Shown piece after piece: positions 15,001 to 28,200 of a stretch of 64,000 nucleotides of DNA (position 1 is the first letter of the stretch; every line of letters begins with the position of its first letter). The stretch is from Mobula hypostoma. Lineage: Eukaryota. The position numbers and the translations under genes were made by a program. The stretch covers positions 113,338,001 through 113,402,000 of the forward strand of contig NC_086108.1 in the NCBI RefSeq assembly GCF_963921235.1, given 5' to 3'. The notes under the pieces were generated by a model. The model was given only the letters and a program-made list of their open reading frames with translations, did not search any database and was not told the DNA's origin.

Positions 15001-18000
15001 CACATAACAGTACAGTGCAGGAACAGAGAACAGTACAGAACAGGAACATAGAACAGAACAGAACAGGAACACCGAACAGTACTGTACAAGAACACGGAAC
15101 AGTACAGAACAGGAACACTGAACAGTACAGAACAGGAACACGGAACAGTACAAAATGAACACAGAGCAGTACAGAACAGGAAAAGACAACAGTACCACAC
15201 AGGAACACAGAACAGTACAACACAGGAACACAGAACAGTACAACACAGGAACACAGAGCATTACAGAACAGGAACAGAGAGCAGTACAGAACAGGAACAG
15301 AGAGCAGCACAGAACAGCAACACTCAACTGCACAGAACAGGAACATGGAACAGTACAGAACAGGAAAACATATCAGTACAGCAAAGGAGCACAGAACAGT
15401 ACAGCAAAGGAGCACATAACAGTACAACACAACAACACAGAACAGTACCGAAGGGAAACACAGAACACTACTGAACGCGAACACAGAACAGTACCGAACG
15501 GGAACACAGAACAGTACCGAACGGGAACACAGAACAGTACCAAACTTGAACACAGAACAGCACAGAACGGGAACATAGAACAGTACAGAACAAGAACACA
15601 GAGCAGTACAGAACAAGAACACAGAGCAGTACAGAACAGGAACACAGAACAGAACCGAATGGGTAAATAGAACTGTACAGAACCGGAACACAGAACAGTA
15701 CAGAACAGGAAATCAGAACAGTACAACACAGGAACACAGAACAGTACAACACAGGAACAGAGAACAGTACAGAACATGAACACAGAACAGTACAGAACAT
15801 CAACACAGTACAGAACACAACAGGAACACAGAACAGTACAGAGCACGAACACAGAACAGTACAGAACAGGAACACAGAACAGGAACATGGGACAGCACAG
15901 AACAGTACAGGACAGGAACACAGAACAGTACAGAACAGGAACACGGAACAGTACAGAACAGGAATACGGAACAGTACAACACAGGAACACAGAACAGTAC
16001 AGAAAAGGAACAGAGAACAGTAGAGAAGAGGAACAGATAAAAGTACAGAACAGGAACAGAGAACACTGCAGCACAGAAACACAGAACAGTACAGAACAGG
16101 AACACAAAACAGTACAGAACAGGAACACAAAACAGTATAGAACAGGAACAGAGAACAGTACGGAACATGAACAGAGAACACTACTGAACAGAAACACAGA
16201 ACAATACAGAACAGGAATACAGAATGGTACAGAACAGGAACAGAGAGCAGTACAACATAGGAACATAGAATAGAACAGAACAGGAACACAGAACAATACA
16301 ACACAGGAATATAGAACAGTACAGAACAGGAACACAGAACAGTACAACACAGGAACACTGAACAGAACAGAACAGGAATACGGAACACCACAGAACACCA
16401 ACACAGAACAGCACAGAAAAGGAATATAGAACAGTACAACACAGGAACACAGAACAGTACAGAACAGGAACACAGAACAGTACAGAACAGGAACAGAGAA
16501 CATTACGGAACAGGAACAGAGAACATTCCAGAACAGACACACAGAACAGTACAGAACAGGAACAGAGAACAGTACAGAACAGTAACACAGAAAAGTGCAG
16601 AAAAGGAACAGACAACCGTACAGAACAGGAATAGACAACAGTACAGAACAGGAGCAGACAGCAGTACAGAACAGGAACGCAGAGCAGTACAGAACAGGAA
16701 CACAGAACAGTACAGAACAGGAACACAGAACAGTAAAGAACAGGAACAGAGCAATGTACATAACAGGAACAGGGAATAGTACAGAACAGGAACAGAGAAC
16801 AGAACAGAAGAGGAACACAGACCAGGACAAAAAAGGAACACAGAACAGTAAAGAACAGTACAGAACAGGAACACAGAACAGTACAGAACAGGAACAGAGA
16901 ACAGAACAACACAGGAACATAGAACAGTACAGAACAAGAACACAGAAAACTACAGAACATGAACATAGAATGGTACAACACAGGAACACAGAACAGTACA
17001 AAACAGGAACACGGAACAGTGCAGAACAGCAACACGGAACAGTACAGAACAGGAACGTGGAACACCACAGACAACGAACACAGAACAGAACAGAACAGGA
17101 ATATAGAACAGTACAGAACAGGAACAGAGAACAGTACAGAACATCAACACTGAACAGTACAGAACAGAACAGGAACACAGAACAGTACAGTGCAGGAACA
17201 GAGAACAGTACAGAACAGGAACATAGAGCAGTACAGAACAGGAACATAGAACAGTACAGGAACATAGAACAGTACAGAACAGGATCACGGAACAGTACAG
17301 AACAGGAAAACGGAGCAGTAGAGAAGAGGAACACAGAGCAGTACAGAGCATGAACACAGAACAGTCCAGAACAGGAACACAGAACAGTACAGAACAGCAA
17401 CACAGAACAGTACACGACAGGAACACAGAACAGTACAGAGCACGAACACAGAACAGTACAGAACAGGAACACAGAACAGTACAGAACAGGAACACAGAAC
17501 AGTACAGAACAGGAACATGGGACAGCACAGAACAGTACAGGACCGGAACACAGAACAGTACAGAACAGGAACACGGAACAGTACAGAACAGGAACACAGA
17601 ACAGTACAGAACAAGAACACGGAAGGGTACAGAACAGGAACACAGAAGGGTACAGAACAGGAATACGGAACAGTACAACACAGGAACACAGAACAGTACA
17701 GAAAAGGAACAGAGAACAGTAGAGAAGAGGAACAGATAAAAGTACAGAACAGGAACAGAGAACACTGCAGCACAGAAACACAGAACAGTACAGAACAGGA
17801 ACACAAAACAGTACAGAACAGGAACAGAGAACAGTACGGAACATGAACAGAGAACACTACAGAACAGAAACACAGAACAATACAGAACAGGAATACAGAA
17901 TGGTACAGAACAGGAACAGAGAGCAGTACAACATAGGAACATAGAACAGAACAGAACAGGAACACAGAACAATACAACACAGGAAAATAGAACAGTACAG

Positions 18001-21000
18001 AACAGGAACACAGAACAGTACAGAACAGGAACACAGAACAGTACAGAACAGGAACACAGAACAGTACAGAACAGGAACACAGAACAGTACAGAACAGGAA
18101 CAGAGAACAGTACAGAACAGGAACACAGAACACTACCGAACGGGAACATAGAACAGTACAGAACGGGAACACAGAACAGTACAGAACAGGAACACAGAAC
18201 AGTACAGAACAGGAACATAGAACAGTACAAGAGAGGAACATAGTCAGTACAGAACAGAAACACAGAACAGTACAGAACAGGAACATAGAACAGTACAGAA
18301 CAAGAACAGGAAAACAGAACAGTACAGAACAGGAACAGAGAACAGTACAGAACAGGAACACAGAACAGTACAGAACAGGAACATAGAACAGTACAGAACA
18401 GGAACAGAGAACAGTACAGAACAGGAACACAGAACAGTACAGAACAGGAACACAGAACAGCACAGAACAGGAACAGAGAACAGTACAGAACAGGAACTGA
18501 GAATAGTATGGAAAAGGAACAAAGAACACAACAGAACAGACACACAGAACAGTACAGAACAGGAACACAGAACAGTACAGAACAGGAACACAGAACAGTA
18601 CAGAACAGGAACACAGAACAGTACAGAACAGGAACAGAGAGCAGTACAACATAGGAACATAGAACAGAACAGAACAGGAACACAGAACAGTACAACACAG
18701 GAACAAAGAACAGTACAGAACAGGAACAGAGAGCAGTACAACATAGGAACACGGAAGAGAACAGAACAGGAATACAGAACAATACAACACAGGAACACGG
18801 AAGAGAACAGAACAGGAATACGGAACACCACAGAACACCAACACAGAACAGCACAGAAAAGGAATATAGAACAGTACAACACAGGAACACAGAACAGTAC
18901 AGAACAGGAACAGAGAACAGTACAGAACAGGAACACAGAACAGTAAAGAACAGGAGCACAGAACAGGAACATAGAACAGTAACAGGAACACAGAACAGTA
19001 CAGAACAGGAACACAGAACACAAACACAGAACAGTACAGAACAGGAACACAGAACAGTACAGAACAGGAACACAGAACAGTACAGAACAGGAACACAGAA
19101 CAGTACAGAACAGGAACATGGGACACACAGAACAGTACAGAACAGGAACACAGAACAGTACAGAACAGGAACACGGAACAGTACAGAACAGGAACACAGA
19201 ACAGTACAGAACAGGAACACAGAAGGGTACAGAACAGGAACACAGAACAGTACAACACAGGAACAGAGAACAGTACAGAACAGGAACACAGAACAGTACA
19301 GAACAGGAACACAGAACAGTACAGAACAGGAACACAGAACAGCACAGAACAGGAACAGAGAACAGTACAGAACAGGAACTGAGAATAGTATGGAAAAGGA
19401 ACAAAGAACACAACAGAACAGACACACAGAACAGTACAGAACAGGAACACAGAACAGTACAGAACAGGAACACAGAACAGTACAGAACAGGAACACAAAA
19501 CAGTACAGAACAGGAACAGAGAGCAGTACAACATAGGAACACGGAAGAGAACAGAACAGGAATACAGAACAATACAACACAGGAACACGGAAGAGAACAG
19601 AACAGGAACACAGAACAATACAACACAGGAATATAGAACAGTACAGAACAGGAACACAGAACAATACAACACAGGAACACGGAAGAGAACAGAACAGGAA
19701 TATGGAACACCACAGAACACCAACACAGAACAGCACAGAAAAGGAATACAGAACTGTACAACACAGGAACACAGAACAGTACAGAACAGGAACAGAGAAC
19801 AGTACAGAACAGGAACACAGAACAGTACAGAACAGGAGCACAGAACAGGAACATAGAACAGAAAAGGAACACAGAACAGTACAGAACAGGAGCACAGAAC
19901 AGGAACATAGAATAGAGCACAAACACCGAAAAGTCCAGAACAGGATCACAGAACAGCACCGTCGTGGAACACAAAACAGTACCGAATGGGTACATAGAAC
20001 AGTACCGAACAGGAACAGGAAACAGTACAGAACAGAACAGAATGGGAACACAGAACAGTACCAAACGGGAACATACAACAGAACTGAACGGGAACACAGA
20101 ACAGTAAATTAGAACAGTACAAGAGAGGAACACAGAACAGTACAGAACAGGAACACAGAACAGTACAGAACAGGAACATAGAACAGTACAGAACAGGAAC
20201 AGGAAACAGTACAGAACAGGAACACGGAACAGTACAGAACAGGAACACAGAACAGTACAGAACAGGAACACAGAACAGTACAGAACAGGAACAGAGAACA
20301 GTACAACACAGGAACATAGAACAGAACAGAACAGGAACACAGAACAATACAGAACAGGAACAGAGAACAGTACAGAACAGGAACACAGAACAGTACAACA
20401 CAGGAACACGGAAGAGAACAGAACAGGAATACGGAACACCACAGAACACCTACACAGAATAGCACAGAAAAGGAATATAGAACAGTACAACACAGGAACA
20501 CAGAACAGAACAGAACAGGAACATAGAATAGAGCACAAACACCGAACAGTCCAGAACAGGATCACAGAACAGCACCGTCGGGGAACACAAAACAGTACCG
20601 AATGGGTACATAGAACAGTACCGAACAGGAACAGGAAACAGTACAGAATGGGAACATAGAACAGTACAGAACAGGAACACAGAACAGAACAGTACAGAAC
20701 ATGAACACAGAACAGTACAACACAGGAACACAGAACAGTACAACACAGGAACAGAGAACAGTACAGAACATGAACACTGAACAGTACAGAACAGGAACAC
20801 GGAACAGTACAGAACTGGAAAACAGAGCAGTACAGAAGAGGAACACAGAGCAGTACAGAGCACGAACACAGAACAGTACAGAACAGGAACACAGAACAGT
20901 ACAGAACAGGAACACAGAACAGTACAGAACAGGAACACAGAACAGTACAGAGCAGGAACAGAGAACAGTACAGAACAGGAACACAGAACAGTACAGAACA

Positions 21001-24000
21001 GGAACACAGAACAGTACAGAACAGGAACACAGAACAGTACAGAACAGGAACACAGACAGAACAGTACAGAACAGGAACACAGAGCAGTACAGAACAGGAA
21101 CACAGAACAGTACAGAACAGGAACACAGAACAGTACAGAACAGGAACACGGAAGGGTACAGAACAGGAATACGGAACAGTACAACACAGGAAAACAGAAC
21201 AGTACAGAAAAGGAAAAGAGAACAGTAGAGAAGAGGAACAGATAAAAGTACAAAACAGGAACAGAGAACACTGCAGCACAGAAACACAGAACAGTACAGA
21301 AAAGGAACACGGAGCAGTACAGAACAGGAACATACAACAGTACAGAACAGGAACAGAGAACAGTATGGAACATGAACAGAGAACACTACAGAACAGAAAC
21401 ATAGAAGAATACAGAACAATACAGAACAGGAATACAGAATGGTACAGAACAGGAACAGAGAGCAGTACAACATAGGAACATAGAACAGAACAGAACAGGA
21501 ACACAGAACAATACAACACAGGAATATAGAACAGTACAGAACAGGAACACAGAACAGTACAACACAGGAACACGGAACAGAACAGAACAGGAATACGGAA
21601 CACCACAGAACACCAACACAGAACAGCACAGAAAAGGAATATAGAGCTGTACAACACAGGAACACAGAACAGTACAGAACAGGAACAGAGAACAGTACAG
21701 AACAGGAACACAGAACAGTACAACACAGGAACAGAGAACAGTACAGAACAGGAACACTGAACAGTACAGAACAGGAACACAGAACAGTACAGTGCAGGAA
21801 CAGAGAACAGTACAGAACAGGAACATAGAACAGTACAGAACAGGAACACCGAACAGTACAGAACAGGAACACGGAACAGTACAGAACAGGAACACAGAAC
21901 AGTACAGAACAGGAACACAGAACAGTACAGAACAGGAACACAGAACAGTACAGAACAGGAACATAAAACAGTACAGAACAAGAACATAGAACAGTACAGA
22001 ACAGGAACACAGAAAAGTACATAACAGGAACACAGAACAGTACAACACAGGAACAGAGAACAGTACAGAACAGGAACAGAGAACAGTACAGAACAGGAAC
22101 AGAGAACAGTACAGAACAGGAACACAGAACAGTACAGAACAGGAACAGGGAACAGTACAGAACAGGAACACAGAACAGTACAGAACAGGAACAGAGAACA
22201 GTACAGAACAGGAACAGAGCAATGTACATAACAGGAACAGGGAATAGTACATAACAGGAACAGGGAATAGTACAGAACAGGAACACAGAACAGTACAACA
22301 CAGGAACATAGAACAGTACAGAACAAGAACACAGAAAACTACAGAACATGAACATAGAACAGTACAACACAGGAACACAGAACAGTACAAAACAGGAACA
22401 CGGAACAGTGCAGAACAGCAACACGGAACAGTACAGAACAGGAACGTGGAACACCACAGACAACGAACACAGAACAGAACAGAACAGGAACACAGAACAG
22501 TACAGAATGGGAACACAGAACAGTACAGAACAGGAACACAGAACAGTACAGAACAGAACAGGAACACAGAACAGTACAGAACAGGAACAGAGAACAGTAC
22601 AGAACAGGAACAGGAACATAGAACAGTACAGAACAGGAACATAGAACAGTACAGGAACATAGAACAGTACAGAACAGGATCACGGAACAGTACAGAACTG
22701 GAAAACAGAGCAGTACAGAAGAGGAACACAGAGCATAACAGAACACGAACACAGAACAGTACAGAACTGAAACACAGAACAGTACAGAACAGCAACACAG
22801 AACAGTACACAACAGGAACACAGAACAGTACAGAGCACGAACACAGAACAGTACAGAACAGGAACACAGAACAGTACAGAACAGGAACACGGAACAGTAC
22901 AGAACAGGAACACAGAACAGTACAGAACAGGAACACGGAACAGTACAGAACAGGAACACAGAACAGTACAGAACAAGAACACGGAAGGGTACAGAACAGG
23001 AACACGGAAGGGTACAGAACAGGAATACGGAACAGTACAACACAGGAACACAGAACAGTACAGAAAAGGAACAGAGAACAGTAGAGAAGAGGAACAGATA
23101 AAAGTACAGAACAGGAACAGAGAACACTGCAGCACAGAAACACAGAACAGTACAGAACAGGAACACAAAACAGTACAGAACAGGAACAGAGAACAGTACG
23201 GAACATGAACAGAGAACACTACAGAACAGAAACACAGAACAATACAGAACAGGAATACAGAATGGTACAGAACAGGAACAGAGAGCAGTACAACATAGGA
23301 ACATAGAACAGAACAGAACAGGAACACAGAACAATACAACACAGGAATATAGAACAGTACAGAACAGGAACACAGAACAGTACAACACAGGAACACTGAA
23401 CAGAACAGCACAGGAATACGGAACACCACAGAACACCAACACAGAACAGCACAGAAAAGGAATATAGAACAGTACAACACAGGAACACAGAACAGTACAG
23501 AACAGGAACACAGAACAGTACAGAACAGGAACAGAGAACATTACGGAACAGGAACAGAGAACATTCCAGAACAGACACACAGAACAGTACAGAACAGGAA
23601 CAGAGAACAGTACAGAACAGTAACACAGAAAAGTGCAGAACAAGAACAGACAACCGTATAGAACAGGAATAGACAACAGTACAGAACAGGAACGCAGAGC
23701 AGTACAGAACAGGAACACAGAACAGTACAGAACAGGATCACAGAACAGTACAGAACAGGAACACTGAACAGTACAGAACAGGAACACAGAACAGTAAAGA
23801 ACAGGAACAGAGCAAAGTACAGAACAGGAACAGAGCAATGTACATAACAGGAACAGGGAATAGTACAGAACAGGAACAGAGAACAGAACAGAAGAGGAAC
23901 ACAGACCAGGACAAAAAAGGAACACAGAACAGTAAAGAACAGTACAGAACAGGAACACAGAACAGTACAGAACAGGAACAGAGAACAGTACAGAACAGGA

Positions 24001-25200
24001 ACATAGAGCAGTACAGAACAGGAACAGAGAAAAGTACAGAACACGAAACAGTGCAGAACAGGAACACGGAACACTACAGAACAGGAACACGGAACAGTAC
24101 AGAACAGGAACACGGAACAGTACAGAACAGGAACATGGAACAGTACAGAGCGGGAACATGGAACAGTACAGAACAGGAACACAGAACAGTACAGAACGGG
24201 AACATAGAACAGTACAGAACAGGAACACAGAACAGTACAGAACAGAACAGGAACACAGAACAAAACAGAACAGGAACACAGAACACTACAGTGCAGGAAC
24301 AGAGAACAGTACAGAACAGGAACATAGAACAGTACAGAACAGGAACATAGAACAGTACAGAACAGGAACACGGAACAGTACAGAACAGGAACACAGAGCA
24401 GTACAGAACAGGAACACAGAACAGTACAGAACATGAACACAGAACAGTACAGAACAGGAACACAGAACAGTACAGAACAGGAACACAGAACAGTACAGAA
24501 CAGGAACACAGAACAGTACAGAACAGGAACACAGAACAGTACAGAACAGGAACACAAAACAGTACAGAACAGGAACAGGGAACAGCACAGAACAGTACAG
24601 AACAGGAACACAGAACAGTACAGAACAGGAACACGGAACAGTACAGAACAGGAACACAGAACAGTACAGAACAAGAACACGGAAGGGTACAGAACTGGAA
24701 CACGGAAGGTTACAGAACAGGAACACGGAACAGTACAACACAGGAACACAGAACAGTACAGAAAAGGAACAGAGAACTGAAGAGAAGAGGAACAGATAAA
24801 AGTACAAAACAGGAACAGAGAACACTGCAGCACAGAAACACAGAACAGTACAGAACAGGAATACAGAACAGCACAGAACAGGAACAGAGAACAGTACAGA
24901 ACAGGAACTGAGAATAGTACAGAACAGGAACACAGAACCATACAGAACAGGAATAAAGAACAGTCAAGAACAGGAACATGGAGCAGTACAACACAGGAAC
25001 ATAGAACAGGAAAGAACAGGAACATAGAACAAGATAGAACAGGAACATAGAACAGTACAAACAGGAACACAGAACAGTACCAGACAGGAACACGGAAGAG
25101 AACAGAACAGGAATACGGAACACCACAGAACACCAACACAGAACAGCACAGAAAAGGAATACAGAACTGTACAACACAGGAACACAGAACAGTACAGAAC
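1..25200. repeat. Satellite domain A: irregular higher-order repeats, about 1.7-kb unit and about 3.4-kb dimer
   Basis: The marker CAGATAAAAGTAC...ACACTGCAGCAC (contains a PstI site) starts at about 525, 4522, 5813, 7540, 9211, 10899, 13170, 14472, 16034, 17733, 21239, 23095 and 24793 and is absent further right. Several spacings fall at 1,671-1,727 bp. Near-identical ORF translations recur at offsets 3,398 (5165/8563), 6,823 (9358/16181), 10,208 (4765/14973) and 13,947 (373/14320). Confidence 0.85.
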
Positions 25201-25249
25201 AGGAACACAGAACAGTACAGAACAGGAACAGAGAACAGTACAGAACAGG

Positions 25250-28200
25250 AACAGTGAACAGTGCAGAACAGGGACACAGAAGAGCAAAGAACCGGAACAT
25301 AGAACAGTACAGAACATGAACATAGAAGACTACAACACAGGCACATAGAATAGTACAACACAGGAACATAGAACAGAACAGAACAAGAACACAGAACAGT
25401 AACACAGAACAGTGCAGAAAAGGAACACAGGACAGTACAGAACAGGAACAAAGAACAGAATAACACAGGAACACAGAACAGTACACAACAGGAACATTGA
25501 ACAGTACAGAACAGGAATATAGAACAGTACAGAACAGGAACACGGAACAAAAAAGAACAGGAACATAGAACAGGACAGAACATGAACATAGAGCAGTACA
25601 AACCAGGAACACAGAAGAGTACCAGACAGGAACACAGAACAATACAGAACAGGAATATGGAACAGTACAGAACAGGAGCAGAGAACAGTACAGAACAGAA
25701 ACACAGAAGAACAAAGAACCGGAACATAGAACAGTACAGAACATGAACATAGAAGACTACAACACAGGCACATAGAATAGTACAACACAGGAACATAGAA
25801 CAGAACAGAACAAGAAACAGAATAGTAACACAGACAAGTAACAGTGCAGAAAAGGAACGCAGGACAGTACAGAACAGGAAGAAAGAACAGAACAAAACTG
25901 GAACACAGAACAGCACATAACAGGAACACAGAATAGTACAGAACAAGAACAAAGAACAGTACAGAACAGGAACATGGAAGAGTACAGAACAGGAACACAG
26001 AACAGGAACACAGAACAGGAAAAAACAGGAACATAGAACAGGACAGAACATGAACATAGAACAGTACAAACCAGGAACACAGAACAGTACCAGACAGGAA
26101 CACAGAACAATACAGAACAGGAATATGGAACACTATAGAACAGGAGCAGAGAACAGTACAGAACAGAAACACAGAACAGTACAGAACAAGAACACACGAC
26201 AGTACAGAACAGGAACAAAGAACAGAACAACAGAGGAACACAGAACAACACATAACAGGACCACAGAATAGTACAGAACAGTAACAAAGAACAGTACAGA
26301 AGAGTACAGAACAGTAACACAGAACAGTAGAGAACAGGAATATGGAACAGTACAGAACAAGAACACAAAACCATACAGAACAGGAACACAGAACAACACA
26401 AACAGGAATATAGAACAGTGCAACACAGGAACACAGAACAGTACAGAACAGGAACCCAGAGCAGTAAAGAACAGGAACACAGAACAGTACAGACCAGCAA
26501 CACAGAACAGTACAGAACAGGAACATAGAACAGTGCAACACAGGAACACAGAACAGTACAGAACAGGAACACAGAGCAGTAAAGGACAGGAACACAGAAC
26601 AGTACAGACCAGCAACATAGAACTGTACAGAACAGGAACACAGAACAATACAGAACAGGAACATGGAACAGTACAGATCAGGAACACGGAACAGTACAGA
26701 ACAGAAACACAGAACAGGAGCAGTGAACAGTACAGAACAGGGGCACAGAAGAGCAGAGAACCGGAACATAGAACAGTACAGAACATGAACATAGAAGACT
26801 ACAAAACAGGCACATAGAATAGTACAACACAGGAACATAGAACAGAACAGAACAAGAACCAGAATAGTAACACAGAACAGTACAGAAAAGGAACAAGTAA
26901 CAGTGCAGAAAAGGAACACAGGACAGTACAGAACAGGAACAAAGAACAGAACAACACAGGAACACAGAACAACACATAACAGGAACACAGAATAGTACAG
27001 AACAGGAACAAAGAACAGTACAGAAGAGTACAGAACAGGAACACAGAACAGTACAGAACAGGAACATGGAACAGTACAAAACAGGAATATAGAACAGTAC
27101 AGAACAGGAACACAGAACAATACAAAACCGGAACACAGAACAATACAAACAGGAATATAGAACAGTGCAACACAGGAACACAGAACAGTACAGAACAGGA
27201 ACACAGAGCAGTAAAGAACAGGAACACAGAACAGTACAGACCAGCAACTCAGAGCAATACAGAACAGGAACACAGAACAGGAAAGAACAGGAACATAGAA
27301 CAGTACAGAACAGGAACACAGAACAGTGCAACACAGGAACATAGAACAGTACAGAACAGGAACAGAGAACAGTACAACACAGAAACATAGAACAGTACAG
27401 AACAGGAACATAAAACAGTACAGAAAAGGAACATTGAACAGTGTAACACAGGAACATAGAACAGTACAGAACAGGAACAGAGAACAGTAGAACACAGAAA
27501 CATAGAACGGTACAGAACAGGAACACAGAACGGTACAGGACAGGAACATAAAACAGTACAGAACAAGAACATGGAACACTACAGAACAGGAACACAGAAC
27601 AGTACAGAAAAGGAATATAAAACTGTACAGAACAAGAACACGGAACAGTACGGAACAGGAACACAGAACAGTACAGAACAGGAACACGGACCAGTACAGA
27701 ATAAGAACACAGACCAGTACAGAATAGGAACACAGAACAACACAAACAGGAACAAGGAACAGTACAGAACAGGAACACAGAACAGTACAGAACAGGAACA
27801 CAGAACAGGACAGAACAGGAACTTAGAACAATACAGAACAGGAACATGGAACAGTACGGTACAGGAAGACGGACCAATACAGAACAGGAACACGGAGCAG
27901 TCCACAACAGAAACACGGAACAGTCCAAACATTAACACAGAACGGTACTTATCAGGAGCATTGAACAGTACAGAACAGGGACACAGAAGAGCAGAGAACC
28001 GGAACATAGAACAGTACAGAACATGAACATAGAACACTACAACACAGGCACATAGAATAGTACAACACAGGAGCATAAAACAGAACAGAACAAGAACAAG
28101 AACACAGAACAGTACAGAAAAGGAACAAGTAACAGTGCAGAAAAGGAACACAGGACAGTACAGAACAGGAACAAAGAACAGAACAACACAGGAACACAGA

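Noticed and set aside
18244..22332. 1,362-aa minus-strand ORF and the many other long Cys/Val/Leu/Phe-rich ORFs (e.g. 27952-32037, 16950-20078)
   Set aside because: The minus strand of the monomer has a single A (in TAC), so stops are almost impossible. All three frames are open together and give the same 23-aa periodic peptide, and non-triplet indels are tolerated. These are not genes.
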